From NCBI RefSeq assembly GCF_006345805.1, contig NC_043013.1:52080001-52144000 (forward strand): DNA of 64,000 nucleotides, written 5' to 3'. This document shows positions 26,277 through 38,889 of the stretch, piece by piece. Position numbers and translations under genes: made by a program. Under the pieces are notes generated by a model that was not told where the DNA came from, ran no database searches, and saw nothing but the letters and a program-made list of their open reading frames with translations. How positions within the stretch are numbered: the first letter of the stretch is position 1; every line of letters begins with the position of its first letter. Source of the stretch: Octopus sinensis. Lineage: Eukaryota.

Positions 26277-26476
26277 TAAGGGCTAAAACTACTATGTGGA
26301 CAGCCATATGCTAGAAATAGATCACCTATGATCAAACTACAAAGAAGAATGTTCCCTAGAGAAAATTCTGGTGTCCACTGAATTTTCTCTTGGGAACATT
26401 CTTTCTTTGTAGTTTGATCGTAGGTGATCTATTTCTAGCATATGGCTGTCCACATAGTGGTTTTTAGCCCTTTAAA
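26277..26476. mobile_element. Fold-back MITE with TTAA ends and (A)GGG termini (Kolobok-like)
   Basis: Arms of about 92 bp are near-perfectly complementary with an 11-nt loop (26369-26379); ttaa|gggctaaaa..ttttagccct|ttaa. Confidence 0.7.
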
Positions 26477-26597
26477 TATACACATGTATTAGAATTTTCT
26501 CTGATTTTTTTTCAGATTTTTGTATGCTAGGCTACTGGTTTTAAATTGTTATTAATTAAATTAATATTCAATTTATCTCTATATCTCTTCAATTTAT

Positions 26598-26635
<38 letters not shown>

Positions 26636-27002
26636 TTATATATATGCCTTTTTTCCTCCCTTTTAATTTTCCCTGTCATTTGAACTTTGTGTAAGTTGGA
26701 TCTATTAATATAAATATCTAAATATTCATCATCTGAAAGTCTCCACCTTTTGCTTTCTCTCATTTTTCCATGTGTTTTATACCCAAACTGTTATATTTAA
26801 TTTATATAATTTGTTTATCCACATAACTGGCACCATATCTGCTCAACTTGATCCCTCTTATAGCCTTTCTTTTCCCCGTGGAATTGATCCCCTGTAAAAG
26901 ACATCGGAGCTCTAAGTTTGAACTATTTAAGCACTACTAAATGTCTTCTATACTGGGAATCCTTGGATCTCATCTGGAGATCATATATTTATTTATTTAT
27001 TT

Positions 27003-29039
27003 ATGTTAGTGAGAGCTGTGTGGGCCATGTATAGGGACGCTGCTAGTAGGGTGAGGGTTGGAAACGAGTACAGTGAAGAATACCGGGTAGAGGTAGGGGT
27101 CCACCAAGGCTCAGTACTCAGCCCCCTCCTATTTATCATAGTCCTCCAGGCAATAACGGAGGAATTCAAGACAGGATGCCCTTGGGAGCTCCTCTATGCT
27201 GATGACCTTGCTCTAATTGCTGAGTCGCTATCAGAACTGGAGGAGAAGTTTCAGGTGTGGAAACAAGGATTAGAATCGAAGGGCCTCAGAGTCAATCTAG
27301 CTAAAACCAAAGTCGTAATCAGTAGGAAGGTAGACAAATCACAAACGCCTTCAGGTAGATGGCCCTGCTCGATCTGTAGAAAAGGTGTAGGTAGAAACTC
27401 TATAAGATGCACCAAGTGTAAGCTATGGACACATAAGAGGTGCAGCAATGTCAAAGGAAGGCTAACTAGGAAGATGGTTTTTGTATGTGGCAGATGCTCA
27501 GGAACAATAAACACTGAAAATGCTCTGAGACCAACTTCCGTCACTTTCCAGGGAGAAAAACTAGAAATAGTTGATAGTTTCCGTTACCTAGGTGACCAAG
27601 TCAGCAGCGGGGGCGGGTGTGCTGAAAGTGTAACTGCTAGAGTAAGAATAGCTTGGGCAAAGTTCAGAGAGCTCTTACCTCTGCTGGTGACAAAAGGCCT
27701 CTCGCACAGAGTGAAAGGCAGACTGTATGATGCATGTGTACGAACAGCCATGCTACATGGCAGTGAAACATGGGCCGTGACTGCTGAGGATATGCGTAAG
27801 CTCGCAAGAAATGAAGCCAGTATGCTCCGATGGATGTGTAATGTCAGTACTCATACTCGCCAGAGTGTAAGTACCTTGAGAGAAAAGCTGGACCTAAGAA
27901 GCATCAGTTGTGGTGTGCAAGAGAGACGTTTGCGCTGGTATGGTCATGTGGCGAGAATGGATGAAGATAGTTGTGTGAAAAAGTGCCACACCCTAGCGGT
28001 TGAGGGAACCTGTGGAAGAGGCAGACCCAGGAAAACCTGGGACGAGGTGGTGAAGCACGACCTTCGAACTTTAGGTCTCACTGAGGAAATGACTAGAGAC
28101 CGAGACCTCTGGAAGTGTGCTGTGCGTGAGAAGACCGGCAGGACAAGTGAGTCCATAACCCGTGGCCTTCTACATGGGATGGAGCCAGCCTACGTATGCA
28201 TACCTTCCCTTCTTGGGACACAAAACTCTACTTGTGAAGACCTGTTGAGGCAAGTGAGGATCAGAATCGAATCGATCAATGGAAATTGCAGATGTGTTAC
28301 CAGTGCCGGTGGCATGTCGAAACTCTACTTGTGAAGACCTGTTGAGGCAAGTGAGGATCAGAATCGAAATCGATCAATGGAAATTGCAGATGTGTTACCA
28401 GTGCCGGTGGCATGTCGAAACTCTACTTGTGAAGACCTGTTGAGGCAAGTGAGGATCAGAATCGAAATCGATCAATGGAAATTGCAGATGTGTTACCAGT
28501 GCCGGTGGCATGTCGAAACTCTACTTGTGAAGACCTGTTGAGGCAAGTGAGGATCAGAATCGAAATCGATCAATGGAAATTGCAGATGTGTTACCAGTGC
28601 CGGTGGCATGTCGAAACTCTACTTGTGAAGACCTGTTGAGGCAAGTGAGGATCAGAATCGAAATCGATCAATGGAAATTGCAGATGTGTTACCAGTGCCG
28701 GTGGTGTGTAAGAGAACCTTCCGTTTCGCGACCGTTGTCAGCACCGCCCCGTTTCGTGTCCATTGCCAGCCTCGCCTGGCCCTCGTGCCGGTGGCACATA
28801 AAATGCACCATCCGTTTGTGGCCGTTTGCCAGCTCTGTCTGGCACCTGTGCGGGTGGCACGTAAAAAGCACCCACTACACTCACGGAGTGGTTGGCGTTA
28901 GGAAGGGCATCCAGCCGTAGAAACACTGCCAGATTTGACTGGGCCTGATGAAGCCTTCTGGCTTCACAGACCCCAGTAGAACCGTCCAACCCATGCTAGC
29001 ATGGAAAACGGACGCTAAACGATGATGATGATGATGATG
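27003..29039 (+). mobile_element. 5'-truncated RTE-clade LINE with open RT ORF (443 codons), 3' UTR and (GAT)n tail
   Basis: GVHQGSVLSPLLF, LLYADD (27195-27206), YLGD, RLRWYGHVAR, RGRPRKTW; no internal stops; a 1-bp deletion near 28135 appears to bypass the natural stop at about 28150. Confidence 0.95.
28223..28705 (+). repeat. Five near-identical 98-bp tandem units in the RTE 3' UTR
   Basis: Unit starts at 28223, 28320, 28418, 28516 and 28614. Confidence 0.95.
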
Positions 29040-29455
29040 TAGGAGTGGCTGTGTGGTAAGTAGCTTGCTTACAAACCACATGGTTCTGGGTTCAGTCCCA
29101 CTGCGTGGCACCTTGGGGGCAAGTGTCTTCTACTGTAGCCTTGGGCCGACCAAAGCCTTGTAAGTTGATTTTGTAGACGGAAACTGAAAGAAGCCCGTCG
29201 TATATATGCATATATATGTATGTGTGTGTATATGTATATGTGTCTGTGTTTGTCCCCCCAACATCGCTTGACAACCAATGCTGGTGTGTTTATGTCCCCC
29301 ATAACTTAGCGGTTCGGCAAAAAGAGGCCGATAGAATAAGTACTAGGCTTCCAAAGAATAAGTCCTGGAGTCGATTTACTAGACTAAAGGCGGTGCTCCA
29401 GCAGGGCCGCAGTCAAATGACTGAAACAAGTAAAAGAGAATAAAAGAGAGTATGT
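29040..29455 (+). mobile_element. Family B SINE directly after the RTE tail
   Basis: Starts aggagtggctgtgtggtaag immediately after (GAT)n. Confidence 0.9.
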
Positions 29456-29465
29456 ATGTACGTAA

Positions 29466-29673
29466 TAGAGGATGCTGAAAAGTTCCTGGCTTTGGGTAAA
29501 AGAAAATATGGGTGGATCAGTTAATTATGATTTTATCCAACATATTCCCTTTTCAGATTCACACGCTTATTTGCAGCGGTCCTTCAGTTTTCCTAAGAAC
29601 TCAGAAGGTTGGGCCCCCAGCCAACCCTTTCGTAATACCCTTAAAGCTTGGAAATTTTCAGCGCCCCCTCATA
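29466..29673. mobile_element. Mariner-type MITE; related copies at 35550-35750 and a duplicated right end at 35880-35960
   Basis: TIRs gaggatgctgaaaagttcctggcttt / aaagcttggaaattttcagcgccccctc with TA flanks. Confidence 0.75.
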
Positions 29674-29987
29674 TATCTGTATTTGTGTGTGTGTGTGTGG
29701 TGTGTGTGTGTCTTTGTGTACATGTTTGTCCCCTACTTCTGCTTGACAGCCGGTGTTGGTATGTTTACATCCTTTTAATGCAGAGGTTTTGTAAAAGAGA
29801 CTGTTAGAATAGGTAAGTCTAATGACTGACACAAATAAAAGAAAAAGAAAAAGGACCAGGCATGCCTGTGTGGTAAGAAGCTTGCTTCCAAATCACATGG
29901 TTCTGGGTTCAGTCCCACTCTGTGGCACCTTGGGCAAGTGTCTTCTTGTGAATGGATTTGGTAGACAGAAACTAAAAGAACCCTGTC

Positions 29988-30041
<54 letters not shown>

Positions 30042-31581
30042 TTATCCCCACCCCATCACTTGACAACCGATGTTGGTGTGTTTACGACCCCGTAACTTAG
30101 CAGTTCGGGAAAAGAGACCGATGGAATAAATACTAGGCTTACAAAGATTAAGTCCTGGGGTTGATTTGTTCAACTAAAAAACAGGTGGTGCTCCAGCATG
30201 ACCGCAGTTAAATGACTGAAACCAGGAAAATAATGTGAATTTTGATTTTGGAATCAGGCAATATAAAGGGTTGTTGACAGGAAAGGCCCTCATCTGTGAA
30301 AACACTGCCTCAGAAAGAACTGTCCAACCCATGCCAGCATGGAAAAGCAGATGTAAAACACTGGTGATGCTGCTGCTGCTGATGATGATAATGATAATGA
30401 TTATGTCTATGTTATAAATAATTATTATGTTAATTATGAAATTATTGATTACAACAGATAATTAGAATAATGAGAATGGTAGTGAATATGCTGCTGCTGA
30501 TGATGATGGGGGCTGGATTAACAACCATCATCATCAAAAACAGCAGCAAAGTGCAGCCAATATGATAATGTGACTATAGTTGTGCTGGTGATGGCAGTAG
30601 TAGTATTGGTGGTAGTAGAACTGGTGCAGTGGTAGTGGTAGTGGTGGTGAGTGAAGTCCTGGTAAAATTGACAATAAATCTTTCCAGTTGTGTGAGCTCT
30701 GGTTGTTATCTTACTTCCTGCTCCCCTCTCTTCACCTGCCCCTCCCCACCATGACCACCACCATTGGCTTTTTGAATACTCCACTTCACTATTAGGTACT
30801 TGAAGTACTTGAATACCCCACCCCACTGCCAGCTATCAGAACACCTGTTCCACACAGACAGGTGTGCTTTATCTCTCTCTTGCAATCGAGGAGACAAGAA
30901 AGGAACAACTTGTTGCTAGAAATAGCAGTTAAATTCTACTTCAAATAACATCTTGTCCTTGTATGATAGAAGGACTGACAAAGTTGAATGATCTATTTTT
31001 TTTTAAAGGACAGGTGGGTCATGACTGGTATGTCTTTCAGCATAGATCTGGTCAGTTAGGGTCTGTCTGGGGCTAAATAATGACACCACATACACACGTG
31101 TACATACGTAAATATATACATATAGTCACACATACAGAAATATGCATGTACATACACAATTCACATACACACATGCACACACACACATACAAATATACAC
31201 CCACACATAAATATACACATACGTTCACACACACACAAATACATATATATGTATACACAAATATGTGCACATGCTCACACATGCAAACACAAATGCACAC
31301 ACACACACACACACACACACAAATATACACGCTCACATATGCTCACAAACACATCCACACTTGCACACACAAATATGCATGCACTCACACACATGCACAT
31401 GTGCACTCCCCCCCCTCCCCACATTCATCCTCCCCCCACTACACATGTAGGAAGGCGTATCGTCTGTGCATTAACAGATTCTAAAGTTTGGAATGGATAA
31501 CAAACAATAGGAGGAACACTTGAAATATAACCAAACAACAACAACAACAACAGCATTATATATCAGTAATATGATAAATAG

Positions 31582-31629
31582 ATAATAACAACAACAACAA
31601 CAACAACCAATGCAATATTCCTGATAACA
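31582..31629 (+). CDS. Tentative 48-nt exon DNNNNNNNNQCNIPDN, possibly the stalk and start of the trefoil domain of the GH31 gene
   Basis: Perfect donor A|gtaagt; QCNIPDN resembles QCDVPPN at the start of the GAA trefoil domain; the acceptor is weak and no trefoil exon was found. Confidence 0.25.
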
Positions 31630-31910
31630 GTAAGTTTGCTGCTAAACAGGAAATCAACACTTTAACCTCTTAATGAGACCTTTGAAGTTAATGACTGCTA
31701 ATCAAAACTTTTGTTGAGTTAATTTTATCATATCTTCATAATAGGTGCAGACGTGGCTGTTTATCAGAAATTTGCTTCTCAACCTCTTGGTTCCCACTGT
31801 GTTACACCTTGGACAAGTGTCTTCTATTATAGCCCCAGGTCAACCAAAAGCATTGGGAATGGATTTGGTAGAGGAACACTGAAAGAAGCCCATCTTACAT
31901 ATATATATAT

Positions 31911-32314
31911 ACTAGCAGTATTGCCCGGCGTTGCGTGGGTTTGTTTCGACCCATTAGAATTGGAATTTTTGAAAAGTAAATTTTGGATTATGTAGCTTGT
32001 TATTCTCTTTAAGTGAACATTTTTCTGGTTGAAATAGACCGAAAAATGGTGACACAGCAGTCAAAAAATTGTAAAAAGATAGGGATTTTCATAGAAAAAA
32101 AGCAACTTTTTGATGTAAATAATTTTTGGTGTTAATATGGTCCGATTTGAATTTTTTCTTCTACTGAAGGAAGAGCAAGCCTTCTTCTATCATATTTTCA
32201 ATTTTGGTCAACTTGCGCTGCAGGGTCTCGGAGGAGATAGTGTTAGTTGAAGGCTACCATACCTGCCATACACAAACAACTTCAGCTTTATATATATATA
32301 TATATATATATAGA
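31911..32314 (+). mobile_element. DINE-1/Helentron-associated (HINE-like) element; copies at 38124-38512 (-) and 54417-54805 (+)
   Basis: 5' actagcagta..cccggcgttgc..ggg, 3' cagctttatatata; three collinear copies, at TA-rich sites. Confidence 0.7.
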
Positions 32315-32329
32315 CCATAACCGTGATCC

Positions 32330-32840
32330 TATGCCAGTGCTGTATAAGCAGCCCATTTAAGAGAACCCTTCAATCATTGGACAATAAACTATGCATGTGA
32401 AGACCTATTGAGGTAAGTGATATTGCTGTCATGGCTGATGACAGTACCGCCTGAATGGCACCCGTGCCAGTGGAACATTAGAAGCACCATTCAAGCATGA
32501 TTGTTGCCAGGGCCGCTGTCTGGTTCCTGTGCTGGTGGCACGTAAAAAGAGCACCATTCGAGTGTGGCCTTTGGCAGTGCTGCCAGACTGGCTCCTCTGC
32601 AGGTGGCACATAAAAGAGCATCATTTGAGCATAACCGATGCCAGTACCACCTGACTGGGCCTCATACTGGTGGCATGTAAAAGCACCCACTACACTCTCA
32701 GAGTGGTTGGCGTTAGGAAGGGCATCAAGCTGTAGAAACTTTGCCATATCATATTGGAGACTGGTGCAGCCTCCTGGCTTGCCAGACCTCAGTCAAACCA
32801 TCCAACACGGAAAGCAGACGTTAAAAGATGATGATGATGA
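32330..32840 (+). mobile_element. RTE-type 3' tail with about 5 internal modules
   Basis: Repeated ggcacg/ataaaaagagcac modules and (GAT)n tail; similar copies at 33365-33665 (-), 34240-34790 (-), 40000-40240 (-) and 49180-49640 (-). Confidence 0.85.
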
Positions 32841-32861
32841 TGTTGATATATATATATATAT

Positions 32862-32895
<34 letters not shown>

Positions 32896-33841
32896 ATATA
32901 ATGCCAGCCTGGATATTTTTCCCTCCTCTTATTATATATATGTGTGTTTGTGTTTGTTCCCCACCCCTGTGCTTGACAACTGGTGATGGTGTGTTTATAT
33001 CCCTATAACTTAGCAATTCAGTAAAAGACACCAATAGAATAAGCACCTGACGGGTGGTGGTGATTCATTCAACTAAAATTCTTCAAGGTGGTGCCCCAGC
33101 ATGGCCACAGTCTAATGACTGAAACAAGTAAAAGATAAACTATATTTGATTATTTATCTTATTGTTGTTAGGGTGTCCTGTTATTACTAAAGCACAGGCT
33201 GCAGTCACAACAGATCAACCAACAGTCCCAACAAATGTTGTTAGGGTAGACACCTATAGAAGACTGGATCAAATTACTTTTAACCCTTAGCACCTTAGCA
33301 TTCAGTGTTCAAATCCCACTGAAGTGAAATATGATTTCTCCATCCTTCTTATTCCAAAGCCCCTTCATCATCATCATCATTTAACGTCTGCTTTCCATGC
33401 TAGCATGGGTTGGACGATTTTGACTGAGGGCTGGTGAACCAGATGGCTGCACCAGGCTCCAGTCTTGATCTGGCAGAGTTTCTACAGCTGGATGCCCTTC
33501 CTAACGCCGACCACTCCGAGAGTGTAGTGGGTGCTTTTTACGTGTCACCTGCACGGGGGCCAGTCAGGCAGTACTGGCAATGACCTCGCTCGAATCTTTT
33601 TACACGTGCCACCGGCACAGGTGCCAGTGAAGCGATGTTGGTAACAATCACGTTCGAATGGTGCCAAATTTGTGAAGTAGAAACAGTACTGTATTTTCAA
33701 AAAAATTATTTTTATAATTTGTATATATTCATTTCATTATAAATGCAAAACAATGCCACAGTGGAATCGACGTAAGCTTAAATAATAAACTGCGATAGGT
33801 GAAATGCGATATGGCGAGGGATTACTTTATATACATATATA

Positions 33842-33892
<51 letters not shown>

Positions 33893-36514
33893 TAGCAGTA
33901 TCACCCCTCATCGCTCGGGTTGATTTCTTCAACTAAAAGGCAATGCTCCAGCATGGCCACAGTTAAAGGACTGAAACAAGTAAAAGAATAAAAGAATAAT
34001 ATTACCTTCTCACACACATCTATAATATTCTAAGACTACATTTGTAACTTTTGATCTTCCCTAATTAACCCCTTAGCATATCATTTGGTCATCACTGACC
34101 CAAATATTCCATCATTTTACATTTAAATCAGTTAGATCCAGCCTCTCATGCATACCCTACAATATCATTCTAAAGACAAACAATTATTTTATTGAAGTCT
34201 CACAGTTACGAAGTAATGCATGACAAATTGAAATCATCAACATCATCATCGTTGCTTAACGTCTGCTTTCCATGCTGGCATGAGTTGGACGGTTTGACTG
34301 AGGACTGGCAAGCCAGAGGCTGCACCAAGCTCCAATTTGAACTGGCAAAGCTTCTACAGCTGGATGCCCTTCCTAATGCCAACCATTCCGAGAATGTAGT
34401 GGGTGCTTTTACGTGCCACCTGCATGGGGGCCAGTCCGGCAGCACTGGCAATGACCATGCTCAAATGTTGTTTTTCCCGTGCCACCAGCACATGTGCCCG
34501 GAAGGCGATGCTGGCAATGATCACGCTTGAATGGTGCTTTTCATGTGTCATCAGCACGGGAGCCAATCCGTGGCCCTGGCAGCGATCACGCTCGGATGTG
34601 CTTTTAACGTTCCACTGGCACGAGTGCCAACCAGGCAGTACTGTCATCGGCCACGTCAGCAATTTTGATTTGTTTACACTTGCCTCAATAGGTCTTTGCA
34701 AGCGAAGTTCATTGTCCAATGAATGAGGGGTACACATAAGTGGGCCAGTTACACCCCACGCTTAGATGTACTTTTAATGTCCCACTGGCACAAGTGCCAA
34801 TCAACCAATGTGTGTAAATTATTTTGGCCATAATTTGAATGCTAAAAAGTTAAAAAACTGCTTGGTCACATGTACAGAACAATACTGCAGTTACAGACAC
34901 AAACAGTCTAGACTCACATTGCAATTCAGCTCCTATATTTAGGGCAGTGCTGCTCTTATCTATACTGTCACCGAAGAGTTGTATTATAATGCTGTTAAAC
35001 CCAATCTTAACATTGTTGACCTTAATTTAGTGTACTGCTTACATATATGGGACAGTGTGGCTGTTGTATCTACAAACATCTTAGATCTGCATTAGTGTAC
35101 TTGTTCTAAATACACAGCCATCAAAGGCCCACAGTACTTTACTGTGTATATAAATAGGAGAAAGGATAAGGGTAAAGACCCCCTTTGGCTATAAATGACC
35201 ATGGGATTGCACCTAGAAAGTTACCCTCCAAGGCACAAGTCCGGGCAAGGTTGTTTGTGGAAGGCCAGCACTCGCCCATGCACACCAGCATCCCTGCTCT
35301 ATACCACTGATGTTATCCAAGGGAAGGGCAAAGGTGCCGATACAGCTTGGCACCAGTGACGTCGCAACTCATTTCTACAGCTGTGCGAACTGGAGCAACG
35401 TGAAATAAAGTGTCTTGCTCAAGAACACAACACACAGCCCGGTCCAGGAATCAAACTCTCTATGTCATGATTGTGAGCTTGATGCTCTAACCACTGAGCC
35501 ATGTGACTTCACTAAATGGAAGAATACTGCTATTAATCACACATGAAGACATCCTGTATAAGTTTGTGGCTTTGGGTCAAAGAAAATATAGGAGGATCAA
35601 TTAGTTATGATTTTACCCAACATATTCCCCTCTCAGATTCACACACTTATTGCAGGCGGTCCTTCAGTTTTTCTAAGCCGGAAGGTTGGGCTTCAAACTA
35701 GGCCTTTCGCGATATCCTTAAAGCCAGGAACTTTTCAGCACCCCCTTGTGATCGGAAAGCTTGTTCATTGCAGGGTTTCCGTTCACAGCTGAGCGACTGG
35801 AGCAATGTGAAGTGTTTTGCTGAACACAACGCACCGATCGACCCGGGAATAGAACTCAAGATCTAGCAGTCGTGAGCCTTGTCAAAGTACTCAGAAGGCT
35901 GGGCCTCAAACCAGGCCTTTTGCTATACCCTTAAAGCCAGGAACTTTTCAGCAACCCCTTGTTTGTGTGTGTATGTGTATGTCTTTGTATTTGTGTTTGC
36001 TCCCAGCACTACTTGACAATTGATGTTTATTTGTTTATGTCCCTGTAACTTAGCAGTTTGGTTAAAGAGACCGATAGAATAAATACCAGGCTGTAAAAAA
36101 AGTACTGGGGTTGATACATTCGACTAAAATTCTTCAAAGTGGTGGCCCAGCATGGCAGCAGTCTATTGACTGAAGCAAGGAAAAGATAAAAAGATACTCA
36201 AACACACTTGATGCACTCCTGCATCTACCACCGCAACCACCACCACCACCACCACCACCACTATACGAAACTGAACTGTTCAGTGATTGCTCAGTGAACC
36301 GTTAGGCGTTGTGAGTCACCAATCACCATCCATTTGCAGCGTGACTAACTAACTGCAGCCTATAACGCTCCGCTCTATCATAATACATCGATAAACTGCA
36401 GCTTTAATCCACATTTCACCTCTCACTTTTACATCATCACTTTTTAATGAGCGACTATTTTCATCGAATTAGCTGCCAACTTGCTGGCTTGCTTGTTGCC
36501 AATATTTTAAACAG

Positions 36515-37790
36515 CAGCCACTGCACCTTTTAGTTATTGGTGCTGGTGCACCTGTAATCACTGTTGTTGCACATGTAGTTACTTCTATTGCACCTTCTGT
36601 TATTGGAATAGTTAATGTTACTACTACTACTACTGCTCTTTTAATCACCAGAGGTACACCTGTAATTGCAACGCTACCTTTAGTTATGTACTAACTACTC
36701 CAGTACTGCATGTGATTGCAACAGCAACACCTGTGGTGATTATGGGTGAACCTGCAGTGGTTACAACATAAACTTTAATAAAGTGCAAACTGCTGCACCA
36801 CTGTCTGCAGTCAAAAAAAAGAACGTATCATTGCAACAAAAACTCCTTTAGTTACAATTACAAAACTATTCACAGTCACAACAGGTGCACTTGTAATCAC
36901 AGCATATGCACTTGTAGATACAGTGCTCAATTAGCAGAGTGGTTAGAGTATGGGACACAATACTTTGGGGGCATTTGCTTTGAGTCCCTGTATTCTGAGT
37001 TCAAATCCTGCCAAGGTCTACTGTATCTGTTGTCCTTTCAGGTACTTTTGGGAGATTGGCAGAACTGTATGAACATTGCATTAAGTGCCTTGTGGTATTT
37101 GTCATTCCTTTTTGTGTTCTAAGTTCAAACTCCACCATGGCTTACCTGGTGGGTAGGTAAACTTATCCTGTCACCTGATATAATATCACTATCTGGCACA
37201 TTGGGTACTTTCAGCAGAATCCATTCCTTTGTAGGTATTTTGGCCATATTTCTACTTTGAAGGTACCTTCCTTCCTTTCTCCCTATGGCCCTATCAGTCT
37301 TTCAGGCCCTGCAAAGTGTTGTGGGCACTGCCTTCCTTCCTGGACTGAAAGCTAAAAAAACTTAAAGAAAATGCGCTTGTAGTCACAATAACAACACATT
37401 TAGTTACAACTGAACTGTCTGCAGTCACAACAGATCCACCCATAGTCACAACAGATGCACTTGTAGTCATTATAACAATACCTTTAGTTACTATTATACA
37501 GTCTGCAGTCACAACAGATCAACCAACAGTCCCAACAAATGCCTTTCTAGTTATTAATAAAGAACCGGCTGCTGTCACAAAAGATGCACTTTCTGTTATT
37601 ACTAAAGCAATGACTGCAGTCACAGACAATGCATTTGCAGTCACAACAAAAATGCATTCCTACTATAACACTGATTGCTGTCACAACAGGTGCACCTAGG
37701 TGCAACGAATGCACTTCAAGTTATTACTAAAGCACAGGCTGCAGTCACAAGAGATGCATTACCTGAAACAACGCCTACACTGTCACTCTT
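36515..37790 (+). pseudogene. Decayed 21-bp tandem array encoding mucin-like VTTDAP(A/V) heptads, with frameshifts and a SINE insertion (about 36925-37350)
   Basis: 37370-37700 reads NALVVTITTHLVTTELSAVTTDPPIVTTDALV..AVTTDQPTVPTNAFL.. without stops; the same register is present before the SINE. Confidence 0.55.
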
Positions 37791-38510
37791 CTAACAGTGT
37801 TTAACAAAAACAATAACAATAGCAACAACGACAACAACAACATCCTGCCTATATCTGAACCTCTGCAGCTGTGGCGGCTGCAATATTTTTGCATTAGTAG
37901 TAGGGGTTGCAATAATTCCTGCAGTTTCTGCATCATACCTATGACAACAACAGCAGCAGCAGCAGCAGCATGTGCAGTGGCTTTAACATCAATAAACCAG
38001 CTTAATCAATAACATCAGTTGTCTTAACATGATTACAGAGAACGGATATAGATGTGTGTAACTGCTATATCACTTCGACCACATATGCACAGTAGATATC
38101 TTATAGCAACGACGTACATACAGTATATATGAAGTTGTCTGTGTATGGCAGGTTTGGTAGCCTTCAACTAACACTATCTCCTCCGAGACCCTGCGGTGCA
38201 AGTTGACCAAAATTGAGAGTATCATAGAAGAAGGCTTGCTCTTCCTTCCGTAGAAGAAAAAATTCAAATCGGACCATGTTAACACCAAAAATTAATTACA
38301 TAAAAAAGTTGCTTTTTTCTATGAAAATCCCTATCTTTTTACAATTTTTTGACTGCTGTGTCACCATTTTTCGGTCTATTTCAACCAGAAAAATGTTCAC
38401 TTAAAGAGAATAACAAGCTACATAATCCAAAATTCTTACTTTTCAAAAATTCCAATTCTAAAGGGTCAAAAAGAAAACAAACCCGAGCAACGCCGGGCTA
38501 TATACTGCTA

Positions 38511-38556
<46 letters not shown>

Positions 38557-38735
38557 ATATATGTATATATATGACACCAATGCTGTCTCTGCTGTAGGTC
38601 TATCACTTTGATCAATCATATGCGTGCAGTATCTTTTACTTTTAGCTTTCTTTTTCTTGTTTCAGTAATTAGACTGTGGCCATGCTGGAGTACTGCCTTG
38701 TAGAATTTTTAGTCGAGTGAATAACCTTAGTGCTT

Positions 38736-38767
<32 letters not shown>

Positions 38768-38889
38768 TTCAGTCTGGTACTTACTGTATTGGTGAGTTTT
38801 GCTAAACCACTAAGTTATGGGGATGTAAGTACACCAACATTGGTTGTCACACAGTGGTAGGGTACACACACACACACACATATATATGT

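Noticed and set aside
28223-28705. CRISPR-like array
   Set aside because: Identical contiguous units without spacers, in a eukaryotic LINE UTR, with no cas genes.
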